DNA of 64,000 nucleotides from Candidatus Neptunichlamydia sp. (GTDB lineage Bacteria; Chlamydiota; Chlamydiia; Chlamydiales; Simkaniaceae): NCBI GenBank assembly GCA_965233865.1, contig OZ247587.1, positions 640,001 to 704,000 of the forward strand, read 5' to 3'. Shown piece by piece: positions 61,195 to 64,000 of this stretch (position 1 is its first letter; each line of letters starts with the position of its first letter). The notes under the pieces were generated by a model. It saw only the letters and a program-made list of their open reading frames with translations, ran no database searches and was not told where the DNA came from. The position numbers and the translations under genes were made by a program.

Positions 61195-62751
61195 ATGAAT
61201 CTAATTAAACAAAAAATTAATTGGCTTGCAATAATCGGACAGCTGGGGCTCTTACTCCACGTTCCTGCAGGAATGGCCATAACCGCTTTAATCATTGCTC
61301 TGATTTTTGAGGAATGGTTTGCCCTTGTCCCCTTTGGAACTATTGTGGCTTTTTCTCTTGCTTTAGGCCAACTATTATATCGGTTGAGGAAAAGATCAAA
61401 AGCCGCTCATCTGTGGGATGCTATGGTGATTGCTGGACTTGGGTGGCTTACATGCTCGCTTATTGCTGCTATCCCTTTTTGTTGGATCTCCCATCTTCAA
61501 CTTCAAAATGGGGTGGAGTCGGAGGTTCTTCGAGTGTTCCGCAATCCTTCCAACGCAATTTTTGAGTCAATTTCAGGCTTTACAAGCACAGGATTTACCA
61601 TGATGCAACGCTCGGGACTATTTCCCCATATCTTGCAATGGTGGCGCTCTCTTTTAGAGTGGACGGGAGGCCTTGGACTTGTCGTTTTTGTGCTTGCGCT
61701 TACTCACCTAAAGAAGGAAGGGTTTCAGCTCTATTATGCTGAGGCGCGGAGCGAGAAAATGACAAAAAATATTGCAGGAACAGCCCATTGGATTTGGGGA
61801 ATCTATTGCATTTTTACCGGAATTGCTTTTCTCCTCTTTCTCATCGCTGGAATGCCTCCTTGGGATGCTATGAATCACGCAATGACTGTCATTTCAACTG
61901 GGGGGTTCACAATTACCCAAACAAATTTTCAGGGATACACTCTTTCTACTCAGGTAATTGCAATGTTTATGATGCTTATAGGGGCGATTAGCTTTGCGGT
62001 GCATTTCCGGGTGATTCGAGAGCAGGAATATGGGATTCTATGGAGAAGTTGGCAACACCGTTTACTCTATATCTTTGCAATTGGTGGAGGCCTTCTCATT
62101 CTCATATTAAATTGGTGGAACGGGCTCAGTGAACATAAGGTCGATGCCGTTTTTGAGTGGATCTCTGCTCTTACGACTTGCGGGTATTCTTCGATGAGTT
62201 TTTCTCTTCTTAGTCCAATGGTTAAGCTGTTTCTCATAATGGGGATGTGTATTGGAGGAACAACGGGCTCAACAGCAGGTGGGCTTAAAATTCGCCGTCT
62301 TATTTATCTTTTTTCTGGTGTTATCCTTCGAGTTTTAGCAATCACTTCGAAAAATGAAAAACACATCACCAAAGGGTTTAAAGAAAATACATCTCCTCCG
62401 AATCAAGAACCCCCAGGAATTATCCTACCTCATACGCAAACGAGCGAACGTCTTTTCACTGCAGGAATTCTATTTTTTCTATGGATATCTACTCTCTTTT
62501 TTGGGTGGTTTCTTATTTTAAGATGGGTTCCAAATGGGCGCGGCCTTGATGTCCTTTTTGAAGTGACAAGCGCGATGAGTAATGTGGGTCTTTCAAGTGG
62601 AATTGTTCACCCAGACCTTCCTACTGCAGGAAAGTGGATTTTTATGGCTTTAATGTGGATGGGAAGGCTAGAAATTATTCCCGCACTTATACTACTCTTA
62701 ACATTTCCAATGATATTTACTCGGAGCTCGAAAAATAGAAAACAGCCTTAA
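61195..62751 (+). CDS. trkH: Trk potassium uptake membrane protein
   Basis: FESISGFTSTG, STGGF, GSTAGGLK, SAMSNVGLS, GRLEI. Confidence 0.9.
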   Translation: MNLIKQKINWLAIIGQLGLLLHVPAGMAITALIIALIFEEWFALVPFGTIVAFSLALGQLLYRLRKRSKAAHLWDAMVIAGLGWLTCSLIAAIPFCWISHLQLQNGVESEVLRVFRNPSNAIFESISGFTSTGFTMMQRSGLFPHILQWWRSLLEWTGGLGLVVFVLALTHLKKEGFQLYYAEARSEKMTKNIAGTAHWIWGIYCIFTGIAFLLFLIAGMPPWDAMNHAMTVISTGGFTITQTNFQGYTLSTQVIAMFMMLIGAISFAVHFRVIREQEYGILWRSWQHRLLYIFAIGGGLLILILNWWNGLSEHKVDAVFEWISALTTCGYSSMSFSLLSPMVKLFLIMGMCIGGTTGSTAGGLKIRRLIYLFSGVILRVLAITSKNEKHITKGFKENTSPPNQEPPGIILPHTQTSERLFTAGILFFLWISTLFFGWFLILRWVPNGRGLDVLFEVTSAMSNVGLSSGIVHPDLPTAGKWIFMALMWMGRLEIIPALILLLTFPMIFTRSSKNRKQP

Positions 62752-62947
62752 AAGCTACGTTGCTACAATTCTTCTATGTTTCTTCTTAGGGACCTTAGGA
62801 ATTCACCGATTTTATGTCAGCAAAACCGGAACAGGAATTCTCATGCTTACCACAGCTGGAGGCCTAGGGCTTTGGCAAATTATTGATTTTGTTGTTGCCA
62901 CTGTTGGTCACTTCCGCGATAAAAAAGGACGCTATATCAAACCGTGA
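62735..62947 (+). CDS. TM2-domain small membrane protein (ATA start or start-lost pseudogene)
   Basis: Hand translation IENSLKSYVATILLCFFLGTLGIHRFYVSKTGTGILMLTTAGGLGLWQIIDFVVATVGHFRDKKGRYIKP*; GGAG 8 nt upstream of ATA. Confidence 0.75.
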   Translation: MENSLKSYVATILLCFFLGTLGIHRFYVSKTGTGILMLTTAGGLGLWQIIDFVVATVGHFRDKKGRYIKP

Positions 62948-63819
62948 AAGAGATCATTTTGAAAAATATTTCCCCCCTTGGACATCCCTTAGAAGCAACA
63001 TTTGCGCCTGATAGAGGGATGAATCTATTAAGCTATAAGTTGGAGAAAATAGAGGTGATCGACCAAGCCACCCGCTCTCTCTTTGATGAAAGATTCGCTG
63101 GGCTTGGAGCATTGATTGGCCCACACTTTCACCATCGAAAAGAGATTCCCTCAAATTTTGATACTTCTTTGTTTCCCCATATTGCTAAAGCGATGGCCCA
63201 AGGGGGGAAAGAACCTTTTTCCCATGGGATAGCACGCTATGTTCCGTGGAAGTTTGTGGCAAGCTCCACCCAAATCAAGGGAAGACTCCGTGGAGATGAT
63301 CTTTATAAGGGGATCCCCTTAAAGGCGTTAGAAGGACAAGATTTTAATATGACATTTGAAGCGCGCCTTCTTACCGATGGCCTTTTTATTGAATATAAGG
63401 TCGATAGCCAACACCCCTCCGTTTTGGGTCTCCATTATTATTATAAGCTTAACAAAGCGGGTTTCATCTATGGAGCAATACAGAATACCTACCGCGATCA
63501 GACGGAGTGGAGGCCTCTCCCCTCTGAGTGGACTCAAAATAATCACCTCCACTTTCCACTTCCTCAGGAAGCTGATTTCGGTTTTATTCCAGAGACCCCC
63601 CCCCTCACCGATCACAATTACCACATGAACCTTAATACTCCCGAATACTCTCTCCATATCGATTACAATACAGCGTCTGACACGGAAATTTCCTGCCAAA
63701 TATTCCATCCTAAAGACGCAACCTACGTTTGTGTTGAGCCTATCACGGCCCGCTTTCCACTCGCGCCTATACTTACTCGCTCAACTCTCGAAGCCAAGCT
63801 CCAAATTTTCGCTCCTTAA
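62944..63819 (+). CDS. Aldose 1-epimerase/galactose mutarotase-like protein
   Basis: HGIARYVPW, GLHYYY, YVCVEP motifs. Confidence 0.7.
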   Translation: MKEIILKNISPLGHPLEATFAPDRGMNLLSYKLEKIEVIDQATRSLFDERFAGLGALIGPHFHHRKEIPSNFDTSLFPHIAKAMAQGGKEPFSHGIARYVPWKFVASSTQIKGRLRGDDLYKGIPLKALEGQDFNMTFEARLLTDGLFIEYKVDSQHPSVLGLHYYYKLNKAGFIYGAIQNTYRDQTEWRPLPSEWTQNNHLHFPLPQEADFGFIPETPPLTDHNYHMNLNTPEYSLHIDYNTASDTEISCQIFHPKDATYVCVEPITARFPLAPILTRSTLEAKLQIFAP

Positions 63820-63919
63820 GAACTTAAGTTTTGAGTGTATTTTGCTTAGGTTAAGAGATCCACCATTATCCTCTAGAGGGAAAATAGCAGATGGTGTAGA
63901 AGGAAGGGTGAGGTGTCTA

Positions 63920-64000
63920 ATGGTTAAAAGGGTTGTCATTCTAGGTGGTGGTTTTGGGGGTGCATATACTGCAATGCATCTAGAAAAACACTTAAAAAAA
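63920..64000 (+). CDS. FAD-dependent oxidoreductase (NDH-2-like), N-terminus only
   Basis: MVKRVVILGGGFGGAYTAMHLEK Rossmann GxGxxG. Confidence 0.7.
   Translation, partial: MVKRVVILGGGFGGAYTAMHLEKHLKK

Noticed and set aside
2710..63708. Many 60-140 aa ORFs antisense to or nested in long genes
   Set aside because: Shadow ORFs of well-supported genes with no recognisable motifs
1..64000. tRNA or rRNA genes
   Set aside because: None recognised by eye in the intergenic regions; tRNAscan-SE/Infernal would be needed to exclude them

Overview
Chromosomal segment of an environmental chlamydia (Chlamydiota, Simkaniaceae/Parachlamydiales-like). This placement is inferred from the class Ic ribonucleotide reductase and the chlamydial gene neighbourhoods rmuC-pssA-nrdAB, sucCD-ftsY, priA-lysS-cysS-aas and fabF-rsfS-miaA. 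The housekeeping backbone is interrupted by many IS scars (IS6, IS5, IS982, IS3) and by an accessory region at about 13.4-31.3 kb. That region holds (i) a 1316-aa toxin-like protein coupled to a duplicated immunity-like gene; (ii) head-to-tail cassettes in which a eukaryote-like RING/U-box (SP-RING-like) gene overlaps a variable peptidase-like partner (two papain-like Cys-His proteins, one HExxH NleD/M91-like protein), bounded by conserved non-coding repeats next to a serine resolvase; and (iii) a four-gene nucleic-acid-binding operon (RNase III lacking all catalytic acids, HTH-S15 fusion, RRM protein, possible SpoVG-like protein). Also noted: a B3/B4 domain fused to LysRS, a CX5R phosphatase-like ORF, an ATA-start TM2 gene absent from the ORF track, and pseudogene remnants (cysC, khpA, DUF2431). 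All family calls are by-eye motif recognition; no searches were run.
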